A DNA stretch of 64,000 nucleotides. Origin: a virus. Under the pieces are notes generated by a model that saw only the letters and a program-made list of their open reading frames with translations, did not search any database and was not told the origin of the DNA. Made by a program: the position numbers and the translations under genes. Below, in pieces: positions 1 through 10,668 of this stretch (positions are counted from its first letter, which is position 1; every line of letters starts with the position of its first letter). Where the stretch lies: positions 1 to 64,000 of the IMG/VR virus record IMGVR_UViG_3300022748_000017; one strand, 5' to 3'.

Positions 1-127
1 ATTTTCTACACGCTCAAAGATTCGGGGTTTCACCAGTTGTCATGTAGTGTAGATTGGATTGGATGCGTTGATCCTGCGGGGCCAATTCTAACGCCTTATG
101 ACAAAGTTGAATAGCTTCGTCCTTGAG
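1..127 (+). repeat. Exact 127-bp direct repeat of 39350-39476
   Basis: Base-by-base identity; first mismatch T128 vs C39477. Confidence 0.95.
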
Positions 128-1093
128 TCCAAGGTTCCAAGCTGCGATGCTGGCGTAGTCCCAAGGCTTTTCACCCCAGACTTCCGGGTCCATCGTGTAC
201 ACCAAGGCTTTGTCAGTAATCTGCAAGGCTGATTTGGCGGCTGCATAGCTTTCTGCCCACATGGACAGGCGATAGCATTGTGCGCACAATTCAACCCAAG
301 GCTCACGGGTTCCCGGTGCTTCAGCAACTGCCAAACGGAACCATTTGAGGGCTTCATGTGGGTTGCCTTTTTCAGCATACGCTTTACCCAGCAAACGCAT
401 TGCATAGCAACGCTCATTGACCCAATTGGCTTCTGGCATAGCCAAATACTTATTCAGGGCAACAATGGCTTCATCCCACCGAGAATAGAACGTCAGTTCA
501 CGGGCATGGTAGAAAGCATTGCGGGGGCAATACGGGTCTTCTTTGACCGCCAGTTCCAGCAAAGGCATATATTGCCCACGGGACTTGGTAGGGTCAGGAT
601 GGTGGCTTACCAGAAGCATATCCGTATGGGCATAGACCTCTTGGATACGCCCATCAGGACGAGGGTACTCATGGACCGGGTGGAAGAACCTATATCCATG
701 ACGAGAAAAAATCTTCTCATAAAAGAAGCTAATTCCACATCCCCAATCAAACTTGTATCGCAAACGAGTGGTATTTTCTTGCCAAACCCGTTCGATTTCT
801 TCTCTCCAGCCCGGTTCCAGCATTTCATCCAAATCTAGGCTGATGACAATGTCAATGTCGCGAGGAAGTAAGGAAATTGCGGCATTACGAGCCAAATCAA
901 AACGCCAAGGGCTGATACAGATATCATGCACAACAGCGCCACATTCAATGGCCCTAGCAACTGTTGCGTCAGTAGAGCCAGTGTCTGCAATGCAAATCAG
1001 GTCTGCATCTCTGGCTGAGTCGCAAAACCGATGAACAAACTGTTCTTCATTTTTGGAAATTGCCGAGACAGCAATCTTGAGTCGTTTTGTCAT
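14..1093 (-). CDS. GT2-family glycosyltransferase with C-terminal TPR repeats
   Basis: ISKNEE, DTGSTD, FDLARN, LDLDE (DxD) and VHE motifs, then TPR-like helices. Confidence 0.88.
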   Translation of the reverse strand: MTKRLKIAVSAISKNEEQFVHRFCDSARDADLICIADTGSTDATVARAIECGAVVHDICISPWRFDLARNAAISLLPRDIDIVISLDLDEMLEPGWREEIERVWQENTTRLRYKFDWGCGISFFYEKIFSRHGYRFFHPVHEYPRPDGRIQEVYAHTDMLLVSHHPDPTKSRGQYMPLLELAVKEDPYCPRNAFYHARELTFYSRWDEAIVALNKYLAMPEANWVNERCYAMRLLGKAYAEKGNPHEALKWFRLAVAEAPGTREPWVELCAQCYRLSMWAESYAAAKSALQITDKALVYTMDPEVWGEKPWDYASIAAWNLGLKDEAIQLCHKALELAPQDQRIQSNLHYMTTGETPNL

Positions 1094-1122
1094 GTTCTAT
1101 CCTATGCAATGTAATGTGATTA

Positions 1123-1422
1123 TTATGACTGATAGGCTTTGTTTACGCCGCCGTACTTTTTGACAATATTGATGATGCGGGTGTTGTCTTCCAGCGCTAG
1201 CAACTCATGCGGCTCGTTTGGGCAAAAGTCCATGATTTGTCCTGCTGATGCTTCCTGTTCCCAATCATGGCTATAAGCTTTTAATTTGCCTTTGGCAACA
1301 ATGGTGATGTGTACGTCATTTTCGGTGTGATTATGCTTTGGCAGGATGTCGCCAGCTTTTTCAAAATCATAGATTGCGCCTTGGATGTCGCCAAGGTTTT
1401 TAAGCTGCTTAACCAATAACAT
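1123..1422 (-). CDS. Cupin-fold protein
   Basis: PKHNH...HITIVAKG...PHELLALED cupin motifs; start reassigned to MLLVKQ by comparison with the unit B homolog. Confidence 0.7.
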   Translation of the reverse strand: MLLVKQLKNLGDIQGAIYDFEKAGDILPKHNHTENDVHITIVAKGKLKAYSHDWEQEASAGQIMDFCPNEPHELLALEDNTRIINIVKKYGGVNKAYQS

Positions 1423-1765
1423 TTGGTGCGCTCCCTGCGCCATCTGTGCCGGGCAATGGATTGTTTTTCAGCCACTCAATGAGGGCGTTGTGTTCATCGA
1501 CAAGCTGTTTGTCTTTGGCGGCGCGTTCCGCGTCAGTCATCGGGCGCACATGATGAACGTCTTTATAACCAGAACCGTCTTGCTCATACGTGACACCTTC
1601 ATAGACTTCGTATTTGCCAAGAACAGGGGGTTCAACGCGGGTGAACCGCGCAAATTCTGGAGGCAAGTTGTCGGTGTCCACATCAGGAAACGCAGCACGG
1701 AAGTTGTCCCCAAAGATGGGGTGTTCAAACGGTTGCCCGTCTTGAAGTCGGATGAAGAGTTCCAT
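1409..1765 (-). CDS. Putative tail-fibre-associated/assembly protein
   Basis: Directly downstream of the Gly-rich gene; homolog at 41698-42195 shares the N-terminus and terminal GSAPNVIG. Confidence 0.5.
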   Translation of the reverse strand: MELFIRLQDGQPFEHPIFGDNFRAAFPDVDTDNLPPEFARFTRVEPPVLGKYEVYEGVTYEQDGSGYKDVHHVRPMTDAERAAKDKQLVDEHNALIEWLKNNPLPGTDGAGSAPNVIG

Positions 1766-2550
1766 TACAGATTGCCTGTGTTCGTTGACGGGAAGCTACG
1801 TGTTGTGCCCGGCCAGATAATGCGGACAGCACCAACAGCACCAGCGCCGGGGCCAAACCCGCCATCCCCGCCGCCTGCACCGCCATAAGCACCTCCGTTT
1901 GCTCCGCTGCCAGCAGCGCCGCCAGAGCCGCCATTACCGGGGGCCGCAACGCCGCCAGTTGCGGAACTACCTTGCCCCAACAACCCAACACCACCACCAC
2001 CATACGCAGTGGCAGAAGCAGAACCACCACCACCAGCAGAGCCGCCAGTACCTGCAGTATTGAAGGTTGTTGAACCCGTGCCACCTGTCCCGGCATAACC
2101 ACCAGCACCACCACCACCCGGAGGGCTACCAGTAGAGCCACCACCAGCGCCGCCGTTGCCACCGCCATCGCCAGTAAATGTTCCTCCGGCCCCGCCAGCA
2201 ATAGGCCCAGCATTTGTGCCTGAGCCGCCTTTGACTGTAGTTGTATTGATGAAATAACTTGAGGTCGATGCCCCCCCGCCAGCAGCGGCAACAACTACGG
2301 TGTAGCTAGATCCCGTAGTTACTGAAATGTTGTTCTTGTATCCAAGAGCGCCACCACCACCGCCACCACCGGGAAAGCAGCCACTCATATTTCCACCGTT
2401 ACCACCAGCGCCCACAGCAACAACACTCACTGAAGTCACGCCAGCAGGGGCAACCCAAGAATATGTACCAGCAGTTGTGTATGCCTGCTGGCCCGGAGGC
2501 GCACCAAATGAACGCAAGTCTTCCATAACCATTTGCAAGATGCCGCTCAT
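1765..2550 (-). CDS. Glycine-rich virion protein (putative adhesin/fibre tip)
   Basis: [31 protein letters not shown] start of domain, polyGly tracts, [15 protein letters not shown] end; ATG overlaps the collagen stop. Confidence 0.7.
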   Translation of the reverse strand: MSGILQMVMEDLRSFGAPPGQQAYTTAGTYSWVAPAGVTSVSVVAVGAGGNGGNMSGCFPGGGGGGGALGYKNNISVTTGSSYTVVVAAAGGGASTSSYFINTTTVKGGSGTNAGPIAGGAGGTFTGDGGGNGGAGGGSTGSPPGGGGAGGYAGTGGTGSTTFNTAGTGGSAGGGGSASATAYGGGGVGLLGQGSSATGGVAAPGNGGSGGAAGSGANGGAYGGAGGGDGGFGPGAGAVGAVRIIWPGTTRSFPSTNTGNL

Positions 2551-5219
2551 GTCAGCCCCGCTCCAGAAATAATCCAAGTGGTGCTGGTCAGTTTCAGCGC
2601 GGTAGCCGTGCCGTACTGCGCCAAGGTGCGTGAACCCGTTGTGCCAGTCCCTGCCAAGTACATTGTGTCGGTGGTAATCGCGATAGTAATAGATGTTGAA
2701 GACAAGTTGGCAAACGTCACCGCAGTGCCAATTGGATACGCAACAGAACTATTTGCAGGAATAGTGTAAGTTGCTGCACCAGCACCAGAAGCATGGTAAA
2801 TGTGTTTTCCAGCATCCCCAAGCACTAATGTATAACTACCAGTTTGTGCATTTTGTGGGATATTGATATATCCCAAGTTTTGGGTTTGATCCCCAGCAGA
2901 TGTTGAAGTGCCCCAAGCAGTGCCTGTCGAAACAGCAATGCCTGCACTAGGATAAGTTGTTGGGCCAGTCGGGCCTGTGGATCCTGTGGGGCCGCCAGTA
3001 CCTGTACTACCCGTAGGCCCAGTAGGACCAGTCAAACCTGTAGCGCCAGTAGAACCAGTAGGCCCTGTAGGTCCAACAGCGCCTGTAGCCCCGGTTGCGC
3101 CTGTAGGTCCAGTGGGACCAACCGCTTGTGTATTAGTCCACTTTGTGCCGTTCCAAACCAAAGCATCGCCAATAGCCAATGTGGTCAGGCCAACGTCACC
3201 TTCATATTGACCCAACACGCCACCAAACGATGGACGCACAAACAAAGAGCCATTACTTGCTGACGAGTAAATGCAAGCGCAGACTTGAACTTTCGGGTTC
3301 GGAGCAGATGGAATAGTTACAGTCAGGCCACCAGCAACAGTTGGGTCGAGATACAAAATCTGACCAGCAGTAAATGCCGATGTGTTCAGGTTGCGAACCA
3401 AACCAAACGATGTGACATATCCCCAGCCATTCAATGCAATGTCTTGGGTGGCAATACCCATCACATACGATGCTTGTGCCGCTGTAAGGCCAGTGGCAGG
3501 AGCGCCAGTCAATGCGCCAGAAGCGCCAACAGTGCCCGTGAACATCACGACCTGACCGTTTGTGATTGCGCTGGATGCTTTGATTCGGAAATACTGTTCC
3601 TCACCAATTTGCTGTGTAGCAGTGCCGCCAGCCATCACCAACGAAAGCGTTTGGTTGCCATCAGCAGAATCCCAATACAACGTACCCGGAGTTGTCGGGG
3701 TTGTTGCTGGTGTGGTGTTAAACAGAATCCAATCAGGCGTACTGATGCTTGTCACACCAGTGATGTCGCCAGTAGGCATTGGGCCAGTTGGACCTGTCGG
3801 CCCAGTATTGCCTTGAATGCCTTGGATACCTTGAACGCCTTGTGGGCCTGTCGGGCCAGTGTCACCTTGAACACCCTGAAGCCCTTGTGGACCAGTTGGG
3901 CCAGTCACACCTTGAATTCCTTGAGGGCCAGTAGGACCAGTTGCACCTACTTCACCTTGTGCGCCAGTCGGCCCCGTGGGACCCTGAATGCCTTGGATGC
4001 CTTGAGCGCCCGTTGGCCCCGTAGGACCCACCACACCCTGAATGCCTTGGGGGCCAGTAGGACCAACCTCACCTTGGATGCCTTGCGCTCCAGTAGGACC
4101 CGTTGGACCAACATCGCCTTGTACCCCTTGAATGCCTTGAATACCTTGAGGACCGGTAGGGCCGACATCGCCTTGTGCGCCTGTAGGGCCAGTCGGCCCA
4201 ACATCACCTTGGATGCCTTGAATGCCTTGAGCGCCCGTTGGGCCAGTTGGCCCTTGAGCGCCAGTTGGGCCTTGAGGACCAACAATCTGACCAGCATCAA
4301 ACCATGATGTACCGTTCCATACATACAGATTACCTTCAGAGGTAACGATGTATGCATCATTGGGAAGGTTGCCAACCATAGGGAGATCGCCAACAGTAGC
4401 AACTTCACCTTTAAGGTTAATGGATGTACCTTGTGCGCCTTGCGCTCCCGTAGGTCCTGTTGGGCCGACTGCACCTTGATCGCCTTGAGCGCCTGTAGGT
4501 CCAGTGGGACCAGTGTCTCCTTGAATACCTTGAGGGCCAGTAGGGCCAGCAATACCTTGAACGCCTTGATCGCCCTGAATGCCCTGTGGACCAGTTGGAC
4601 CGACATTACCTTGGATACCTTGAATGCCTTGAGCGCCTGTCGGCCCAGTAGGGCCAGCAACAGTCGAATCAGCGCCTGTCGGACCAGTTGGTCCAATATT
4701 GCCTTGAATACCTTGTGCGCCTGTCGGGCCTGCGACACCTTGGATGCCTTGTGCGCCTGTAGGGCCTGTTGGGCCTGTGGCTCCATTAGCACCATTAGCA
4801 CCAGTTGGTCCAGTGGGTCCAGCAATGCCTTGAATGCCCTGTTCACCTTGAGGTCCTGTTGGGCCTTGAATGCCCTGAACCCCTTGAATACCTTGGACAC
4901 CTTGTGGACCTGTTGGGCCAACATCGCCAGTAGTTCCAGCCTGTCCTGTTGGCCCAGTTGCCCCCATTGAGCCAGTTGGACCCGTAGGCCCAGCATTTCC
5001 CTGCGGACCAGTTGGACCTGTGCCTGTTGGCCCCATAGCGCCCGTAGGACCAGTAGGTCCAGCATTTCCTTGTGGGCCTGTAGGACCGCTACCAGTTGGC
5101 CCCATAGGGCCAGTTGGACCAGCTACACCACGATCAATGCGTGCTTCAACGCGAGGCTGTGGAACAACCTCAAGACTGACGTTGTTGCCATCAAGAACCG
5201 TAACCTTCAAGTTGCTCAT
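2547..5219 (-). CDS. Collagen-like fibre protein (GPT/GxQ triplets, two globular inserts, C-terminal domain)
   Basis: Long Gly-X-Y runs rich in GPT. Confidence 0.9.
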   Translation of the reverse strand: MSNLKVTVLDGNNVSLEVVPQPRVEARIDRGVAGPTGPMGPTGSGPTGPQGNAGPTGPTGAMGPTGTGPTGPQGNAGPTGPTGSMGATGPTGQAGTTGDVGPTGPQGVQGIQGVQGIQGPTGPQGEQGIQGIAGPTGPTGANGANGATGPTGPTGAQGIQGVAGPTGAQGIQGNIGPTGPTGADSTVAGPTGPTGAQGIQGIQGNVGPTGPQGIQGDQGVQGIAGPTGPQGIQGDTGPTGPTGAQGDQGAVGPTGPTGAQGAQGTSINLKGEVATVGDLPMVGNLPNDAYIVTSEGNLYVWNGTSWFDAGQIVGPQGPTGAQGPTGPTGAQGIQGIQGDVGPTGPTGAQGDVGPTGPQGIQGIQGVQGDVGPTGPTGAQGIQGEVGPTGPQGIQGVVGPTGPTGAQGIQGIQGPTGPTGAQGEVGATGPTGPQGIQGVTGPTGPQGLQGVQGDTGPTGPQGVQGIQGIQGNTGPTGPTGPMPTGDITGVTSISTPDWILFNTTPATTPTTPGTLYWDSADGNQTLSLVMAGGTATQQIGEEQYFRIKASSAITNGQVVMFTGTVGASGALTGAPATGLTAAQASYVMGIATQDIALNGWGYVTSFGLVRNLNTSAFTAGQILYLDPTVAGGLTVTIPSAPNPKVQVCACIYSSASNGSLFVRPSFGGVLGQYEGDVGLTTLAIGDALVWNGTKWTNTQAVGPTGPTGATGATGAVGPTGPTGSTGATGLTGPTGPTGSTGTGGPTGSTGPTGPTTYPSAGIAVSTGTAWGTSTSAGDQTQNLGYINIPQNAQTGSYTLVLGDAGKHIYHASGAGAATYTIPANSSVAYPIGTAVTFANLSSTSITIAITTDTMYLAGTGTTGSRTLAQYGTATALKLTSTTWIISGAGLT

Positions 5220-5228
5220 AGCCAATCC

Positions 5229-5711
5229 TTACAGAACAATCACGCCGTCAGAACGGACGATGAACAACAGGAAAATAATCATGTCATCTGCCGGGACAGA
5301 GCCAACCGCAGGGAAAGATACTTTGACGCGACCAGAATATCCAACAGGATTTTGTGCGTTGATTTCCAGTTCGGGGTCTGTAGACATCAAAGACCAAGCG
5401 CCAGCATCAATCACAAGGGTGCAAGTACCCAAGGCCGTATTGATATTGCTGACAGTCAGAGGAATTGCTGTAGGAGTGGGGCTGTAATCAGCGATGTCAA
5501 ACGTCAACCCGTTGCGGGTATCCACAATGTTTGACAGTTCGCGGCGAACGATTTGAGCATCAATGGTTGCTCCAGTCAAATCGACTGGAAGGCCATTTGA
5601 TGTGAAAGACAGATTCCAATAGGTCTGCTGGTCCCAAACAAGTTCGCCAGCAAGAATAGGATTGTCAAAGCCCGAAACCTGGGCCAAAGTATTGCGATTA
5701 AAGACCGCCAT
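5229..5711 (-). CDS. Virion structural protein, BppU-like fibre attachment/baseplate
   Basis: PVDLTGATIDAQI motif; sits between tail tip and fibre; near-identical in unit B. Confidence 0.55.
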   Translation of the reverse strand: MAVFNRNTLAQVSGFDNPILAGELVWDQQTYWNLSFTSNGLPVDLTGATIDAQIVRRELSNIVDTRNGLTFDIADYSPTPTAIPLTVSNINTALGTCTLVIDAGAWSLMSTDPELEINAQNPVGYSGRVKVSFPAVGSVPADDMIIFLLFIVRSDGVIVL

Positions 5712-5780
5712 GTCAGTTCCCTGCACACAGTTAGAACATCCGTGATTCCCACGGGCGAATGCTGTCTTGTTTTAGCGATT

Positions 5781-8700
5781 TTATACCTTGTTTTCCAATG
5801 CAGCAATTCTTTCTTCAAGCTGCTGAATGGACTTCACCAAAGCCGCAACGATACCGTCATTGCTGAAAGATTTGTACCCTTCCAGCGGACCTTGCTCAAT
5901 GGTTGTGACCATCGTAGTATCTGTTCCCACGATTTCCTCAACCTCGTTTGCCAAGAAACCATAGGCTTGTTTGTCGCCATAGTGAGCAAACAATTCATGA
6001 TTCCATTTGAATTGGACTGGACGAAGTTTCTTGACGAAATCCAGACCATAAGATAAATCAACGATGTCTTTCTTGAGCCTTGAATCGGAAGTGACGTTGA
6101 TGTTGATGGCAGCAGTATTTGTGCCCATCGTCCATGAGATGGTTCCCGATGCGCCGCCTGTTAATGTTCCACTAAAAGTCACATCTGTGACACCACTGGT
6201 ATTTCCAGAAGTACCAATCAAACGAGCCGTGATATTTGAGCCAGAAAGGTTAACGGCTGACAGCGGAATGCTTGCAGTATTGAATGAGCCGCCAAGCGTC
6301 AAACTTCCACTGGTTGTGACTGTGCCACTTAGCGTCAAGCCATAGACGTTGCCTGTGCCGCTTACGCTGGTAACCGTACCTCCACCACTTCCAGATGGAA
6401 TGGCCCATGTACCATCATTTCGCAAGAAAGTCGTTGTTGATCCAGTTGGGGAAGCAACGGTATAACCACCCCAACTGAATGTTCCAGAATCAATCCTTAA
6501 AGCAAAACCGCCGCCAGTGTTATTACATTCAAGAGCCGAGCCTGTTGAACTTGTGGTGCTGAAGTAACCACCAATTGAATCACCTTCTCCAACAACGCCA
6601 ATGCCGGGACAAGCGACCCCATTTCGACCAACGCCAAGTACACCCACGTTGTATGAACTTGTAAGCGATGCAGAATAACCTACAACCCCACCACGAACTT
6701 TTCCAGAAGCAGCGGAAATGCCATTAGAAAGAGAAGAATAATCAATGCTGTATGAAGTGGAGCCAATCAAAACAGAGAATGATGCTGGATTGCGACCTTC
6801 AAAATATGCATCGCCATCGGTGTTAATGTCGCCCATAAACAATGCATTGCCAGCCGTATCAATGGTGAATTTTGCAACTCCAGACTGAGCGCCAACAATA
6901 CCGTTAGATGTAATGGCGACACCAGAGCCGCCAGTCAGAACGCCAGATGAGTTCCATGTGATTGTTCCTGTTTTAATTCCACCAGATGTAGTTGGAACAA
7001 TCGTGCCGGTCAAAACGCTTGTTGATGTCTTGCTCACCTTATCAGCAACATCAATAGTCAGGCCATCAATCTCGCCTTGAAGGAAAGCCACATTACCAGA
7101 CTCACTGTTGACTGGAGACCATACAAACGCTGTGCTGCTTGAAGACCTTGTGGATTGACCAAGTTCATTACCAACCACATACGCAAAATAATATGTGCCG
7201 CCAGCCAATGTCAAATTGGCAAAGTCGTATGTTGAACCATTGACCGCCGCTGTACCTGCTGGCGCATTGGCAGTAGCCAGAACTTTCCAATCAAAATCAA
7301 GAGGTGAAGATGATGTGGTGTAGTACAACGTGCCATAAGTCACACGACCTGTTGTCGGCACAGTTACACGAACTGTGAATGTGGGGGGCGTGACGTTATA
7401 GTTGTTTGCAACAACCGTAGGGGCAGTCAGTGCGCTGAAATAGATGGCGCTTGGAATGTTGCTATTTGGAACAGGTGTGTACTGCGTGATGTCAAAGTCA
7501 TCATAGACAGCGGCACTGTACTCATTCATCTCAAGACGAGCGCCAAGCGAACCATCAGGCAAAGATGCCTCATTCACTTTGACAACACGGAACAATTTGT
7601 TTGTCCAGCCATAGTCAGAGTTTGTCACGCTAACCACAGCACCAGCATCAACCTGAATGCCGTAGTAAGTTGTGCTGAAGCTGACAATCAAATCTTCGCG
7701 TGACTGCTCAAGAATCCGATTGGCAAGATACTGAGCGCGAACGCTGTCATTCACCAAGTCATAGCTAACACTGTATTTGTTTACAGGCTCATTTGGATAC
7801 AACAGGATTGAAGGTGTTTCCAAATTCACATAATCAGGCTGATCCCTGTTTGCACTATTGGGAAACTTGGCTTCGACTTGATTGATAGATTGCGTGATGT
7901 CTGTAGCACTGACACGAATCTCGCCAATGATGTTGTCATCATCAAAAGAATAAACTGCTGTTTCAGATTTGTTGATGACAGCAGACCATTGACCAGCAGC
8001 GGCGTTGTAAGACATCCAGCTATCGCAACAAGTCATGATCTTGTCGATATTGTTCAACACAGATTGACCAGCATCCAAAACACCATTGATGCGATAACGA
8101 GCTTCAGTCGCAGAACCGCCTCCAGATGGCGTATAAGTTATCAATCCATCAGAATAAGTATTCAATGCAGTTGCTGATGCAGAGTCAACAAATGCAGCAT
8201 CTACAGCACCGCCGTAGTATGGGTTGGTAACGTAGTCATACCAAACATCACCCGGCTTTGCAACACCAGTGCCATTCAAATAATGGCTTGCATGGAATGT
8301 GATTGGGCTGAGACTTGTTGTGCCAGCATCTTGGCTGTAGTTCAGCTTGATGATTGCAAATGCCAATCCATTCATCTGGCGACCAGTAGAAGGCCAACGC
8401 TGTGCAGATGCAATGTCAGAGCCACCCATCACTGTACTTGGAGCCGCAGCGCCGTTCAGAGATGTAATCGTTCCAGTCGCAGATGACTTGTACAGACTGA
8501 TGTACAAATTGCCGCTGATCTTTGTGTCCACGTTAGGCGGTGTCGCCTCATCGCTCAGGCTCACAACTTTTGTCAAATCTGTGGTGTCAAACGTGATTAG
8601 TCGATCCCCATAATAGAACTTGGTTGTATCAAAAGAGAATTGACCATTAGGGCTGATGCAAGACACAGCCATAACATAGTACATGGTCTTTTGGTCTGTC

Positions 8701-8951
8701 GAAAGAACAGCATCAACAAATGTGCCGCCAAGATACGCATCACCATATACAACCGGAATTGCATTCACATTCGATGGCGGAACTTGCTGGCGAACGCCAT
8801 TGTCTTGTTGACCTTGCTGATTCTGACCAAACACACGGGTCACGATCTGAGAAACAGCAAAGTTAATGGCAAAAGCAGCAGCGGTTTGGGCAGCAGAAAA
8901 CGCAGCAACTGCTGTCGAAGTAATTTCCGCAACAATGATTGACCCGACCAT
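5781..8951 (-). CDS. Tail tip/host-specificity protein with C-terminal intramolecular chaperone (peptidase S74-like)
   Basis: IPVVYG motif; C-terminal SDSRLKKDI...GFLANEV...coiled coil. Confidence 0.85.
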   Translation of the reverse strand: MVGSIIVAEITSTAVAAFSAAQTAAAFAINFAVSQIVTRVFGQNQQGQQDNGVRQQVPPSNVNAIPVVYGDAYLGGTFVDAVLSTDQKTMYYVMAVSCISPNGQFSFDTTKFYYGDRLITFDTTDLTKVVSLSDEATPPNVDTKISGNLYISLYKSSATGTITSLNGAAAPSTVMGGSDIASAQRWPSTGRQMNGLAFAIIKLNYSQDAGTTSLSPITFHASHYLNGTGVAKPGDVWYDYVTNPYYGGAVDAAFVDSASATALNTYSDGLITYTPSGGGSATEARYRINGVLDAGQSVLNNIDKIMTCCDSWMSYNAAAGQWSAVINKSETAVYSFDDDNIIGEIRVSATDITQSINQVEAKFPNSANRDQPDYVNLETPSILLYPNEPVNKYSVSYDLVNDSVRAQYLANRILEQSREDLIVSFSTTYYGIQVDAGAVVSVTNSDYGWTNKLFRVVKVNEASLPDGSLGARLEMNEYSAAVYDDFDITQYTPVPNSNIPSAIYFSALTAPTVVANNYNVTPPTFTVRVTVPTTGRVTYGTLYYTTSSSPLDFDWKVLATANAPAGTAAVNGSTYDFANLTLAGGTYYFAYVVGNELGQSTRSSSSTAFVWSPVNSESGNVAFLQGEIDGLTIDVADKVSKTSTSVLTGTIVPTTSGGIKTGTITWNSSGVLTGGSGVAITSNGIVGAQSGVAKFTIDTAGNALFMGDINTDGDAYFEGRNPASFSVLIGSTSYSIDYSSLSNGISAASGKVRGGVVGYSASLTSSYNVGVLGVGRNGVACPGIGVVGEGDSIGGYFSTTSSTGSALECNNTGGGFALRIDSGTFSWGGYTVASPTGSTTTFLRNDGTWAIPSGSGGGTVTSVSGTGNVYGLTLSGTVTTSGSLTLGGSFNTASIPLSAVNLSGSNITARLIGTSGNTSGVTDVTFSGTLTGGASGTISWTMGTNTAAININVTSDSRLKKDIVDLSYGLDFVKKLRPVQFKWNHELFAHYGDKQAYGFLANEVEEIVGTDTTMVTTIEQGPLEGYKSFSNDGIVAALVKSIQQLEERIAALENKV

Positions 8952-8953
8952 TT

Positions 8954-9400
8954 TTATTCCTTCACAAAACTTGCGCCAAATGGCTTGTAGCCACGTTTGC
9001 TGTAATCAATCAATGGGCCGCTTGCAGAGATGCTTGTAATGGCAACATCAATGTCACCAACCTCAAGCATCTTTGTTGCACGCTCATCAAAAGCCTTCCA
9101 CAGCCTTCCACCAACTGTTCCATTACGATGCTCTGGCTCTACCCACCAAAGAAGCTCATGGAGTTCTTTAACCTTTGGGGACCAGATATTGCTTTGTTTG
9201 ATTGCAATGATGGCCCCTCGCATATTGTTATCAATGTAGATGAACCCACGCCCTGCAATGATGCTGAACAAAAGCTCTTCTACATACTTTGGAAAATGAT
9301 TGTGTGGCTGCGCGAGAACTTGAATTGGGTTCTCATAAGCATATGACTCAACAATCTCCAAAAGTCTTGGAATGTCATATCTTGTTGCAAGTCTTATCAT
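8954..9400 (-). CDS. GNAT-like acetyltransferase
   Basis: MIRLAT..DIP start, WWVEPEHRNGTVG acetyl-CoA loop, YSKRGY. Confidence 0.65.
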   Translation of the reverse strand: MIRLATRYDIPRLLEIVESYAYENPIQVLAQPHNHFPKYVEELLFSIIAGRGFIYIDNNMRGAIIAIKQSNIWSPKVKELHELLWWVEPEHRNGTVGGRLWKAFDERATKMLEVGDIDVAITSISASGPLIDYSKRGYKPFGASFVKE

Positions 9401-10075
9401 TTAATATCCATATGTTCCGGGAATGTTTTCGCCAGTTGCAGCCATTGACCCATCATAAGAAGTCGTCGTGTCAGTTGCCTGTGTGTCAGTTTGTGGTGGC
9501 TTACCAAAGTCAAAGTAGGTATTGGCAATCGTAGACACTCTATTCATGCTTATGTCGCCGGGATAGAAAAATTGCCAGCTACTTTGATTGGTTTTTACGC
9601 CTGACAAACGATTCTCAAGGACTCTTCGCATTGAAGAGCAAGCAATTGAACAAGTTGCAACCCTTGTCCGAGCTTGAGTGTTGAAATCTTCCGAAATCGA
9701 AACACTGTTGATGATGCCTTGATAACGCTTGAAGAATTGAGTTGTCGGGCTTGTGATGATTTGGTTGTTGTCATCAAAGAAGCCACGCCAGATTTCAACC
9801 AATGATCCTTTGATGTCGCTACTCAAAATGATCGACACAGCTTCTGGGTTGATGCCAGTGAGGGAAATGGTCATATCATCACTGGTTGCTCTCATGTCAC
9901 GCTGGACATCACCAACAGACAAAAGAATGCCAAGGTTAGTGAATGAGATGCCATCAACCGTGATTGGCGCTGCGGCATTGCAGAATGTATATACAGTCTC
10001 AGCCTTACCGACTGTAAGACGAACAAATTCTGCCTGTCTAATTTGTGGCCCATTAAGGGCCGACATTGCTGTCAT
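9401..10075 (-). CDS. Minor tail/hub protein (gpL/DUF2163-like)
   Basis: Position after the distal tail gene; ISLTGI, VEIWRGF and QFFYPGD motifs. Confidence 0.6.
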   Translation of the reverse strand: MTAMSALNGPQIRQAEFVRLTVGKAETVYTFCNAAAPITVDGISFTNLGILLSVGDVQRDMRATSDDMTISLTGINPEAVSIILSSDIKGSLVEIWRGFFDDNNQIITSPTTQFFKRYQGIINSVSISEDFNTQARTRVATCSIACSSMRRVLENRLSGVKTNQSSWQFFYPGDISMNRVSTIANTYFDFGKPPQTDTQATDTTTSYDGSMAATGENIPGTYGY

Positions 10076-10668
10076 GTGATGTACTCCCGAAAGACAAATG
10101 CATCATCCCAATTGACGAATGCGCCATCCGTCATTGGAGTAAGAGTATACGTTGGGCAACGCTCTGCGACAACCGTGAACGTGCATTCTGTGCCCATGTA
10201 GACAGTCGTCCCAGAACTTGGCGTTCCAATCAGAGGACGGTGAATTGTCACCACAGAGCCAGCCGAATCAGCCGTGATTTTGTAGGTGTAGCCACCAATC
10301 ATGATGAAATCACCAGCCTTGAATGTGCCATTTGAAGTCAGATTCAAAGTCTGTGTATTGGCTGCTGGAGTACCATTCAAGGTTGCAGCCGTAGCCGTAC
10401 CCTGCATCTCCAAGAACCAAGACAGATTGTTGCTATCGAATGTGATGGTTTCAGGCAACTGACGATCTTTGTTGTCAATTGTCTGGATAATTTCTCTGGC
10501 TTGTGGATAGTACAGATAGTTGTGCGGAGTCACGGTGAAAACCCAAGGCACAGCAGTCAGATATTGAGCCACAGTGATGTATCCAGAGCGAGTGACTTGT
10601 TGACCAACCATTCGACGGTTGTTCACAGTCATCGCCTGCTGAATCTCAAAGATTGTTTGGAAACTCAT
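10072..10668 (-). CDS. Putative distal tail protein
   Basis: Immediately downstream of the tape measure gene; highly conserved in unit B. Confidence 0.55.
   Translation of the reverse strand: MSFQTIFEIQQAMTVNNRRMVGQQVTRSGYITVAQYLTAVPWVFTVTPHNYLYYPQAREIIQTIDNKDRQLPETITFDSNNLSWFLEMQGTATAATLNGTPAANTQTLNLTSNGTFKAGDFIMIGGYTYKITADSAGSVVTIHRPLIGTPSSGTTVYMGTECTFTVVAERCPTYTLTPMTDGAFVNWDDAFVFREYIT

Noticed and set aside
3285-5065. Long alternative-frame and antisense ORFs over the collagen genes (also 44622-46042)
   Set aside because: Repetitive Gly-X-Y codons suppress stop codons in other frames.
3780-5120. Short DNA repeats resembling a CRISPR or VNTR array
   Set aside because: They are degenerate collagen codon repeats with no constant repeat-spacer structure and no cas genes.
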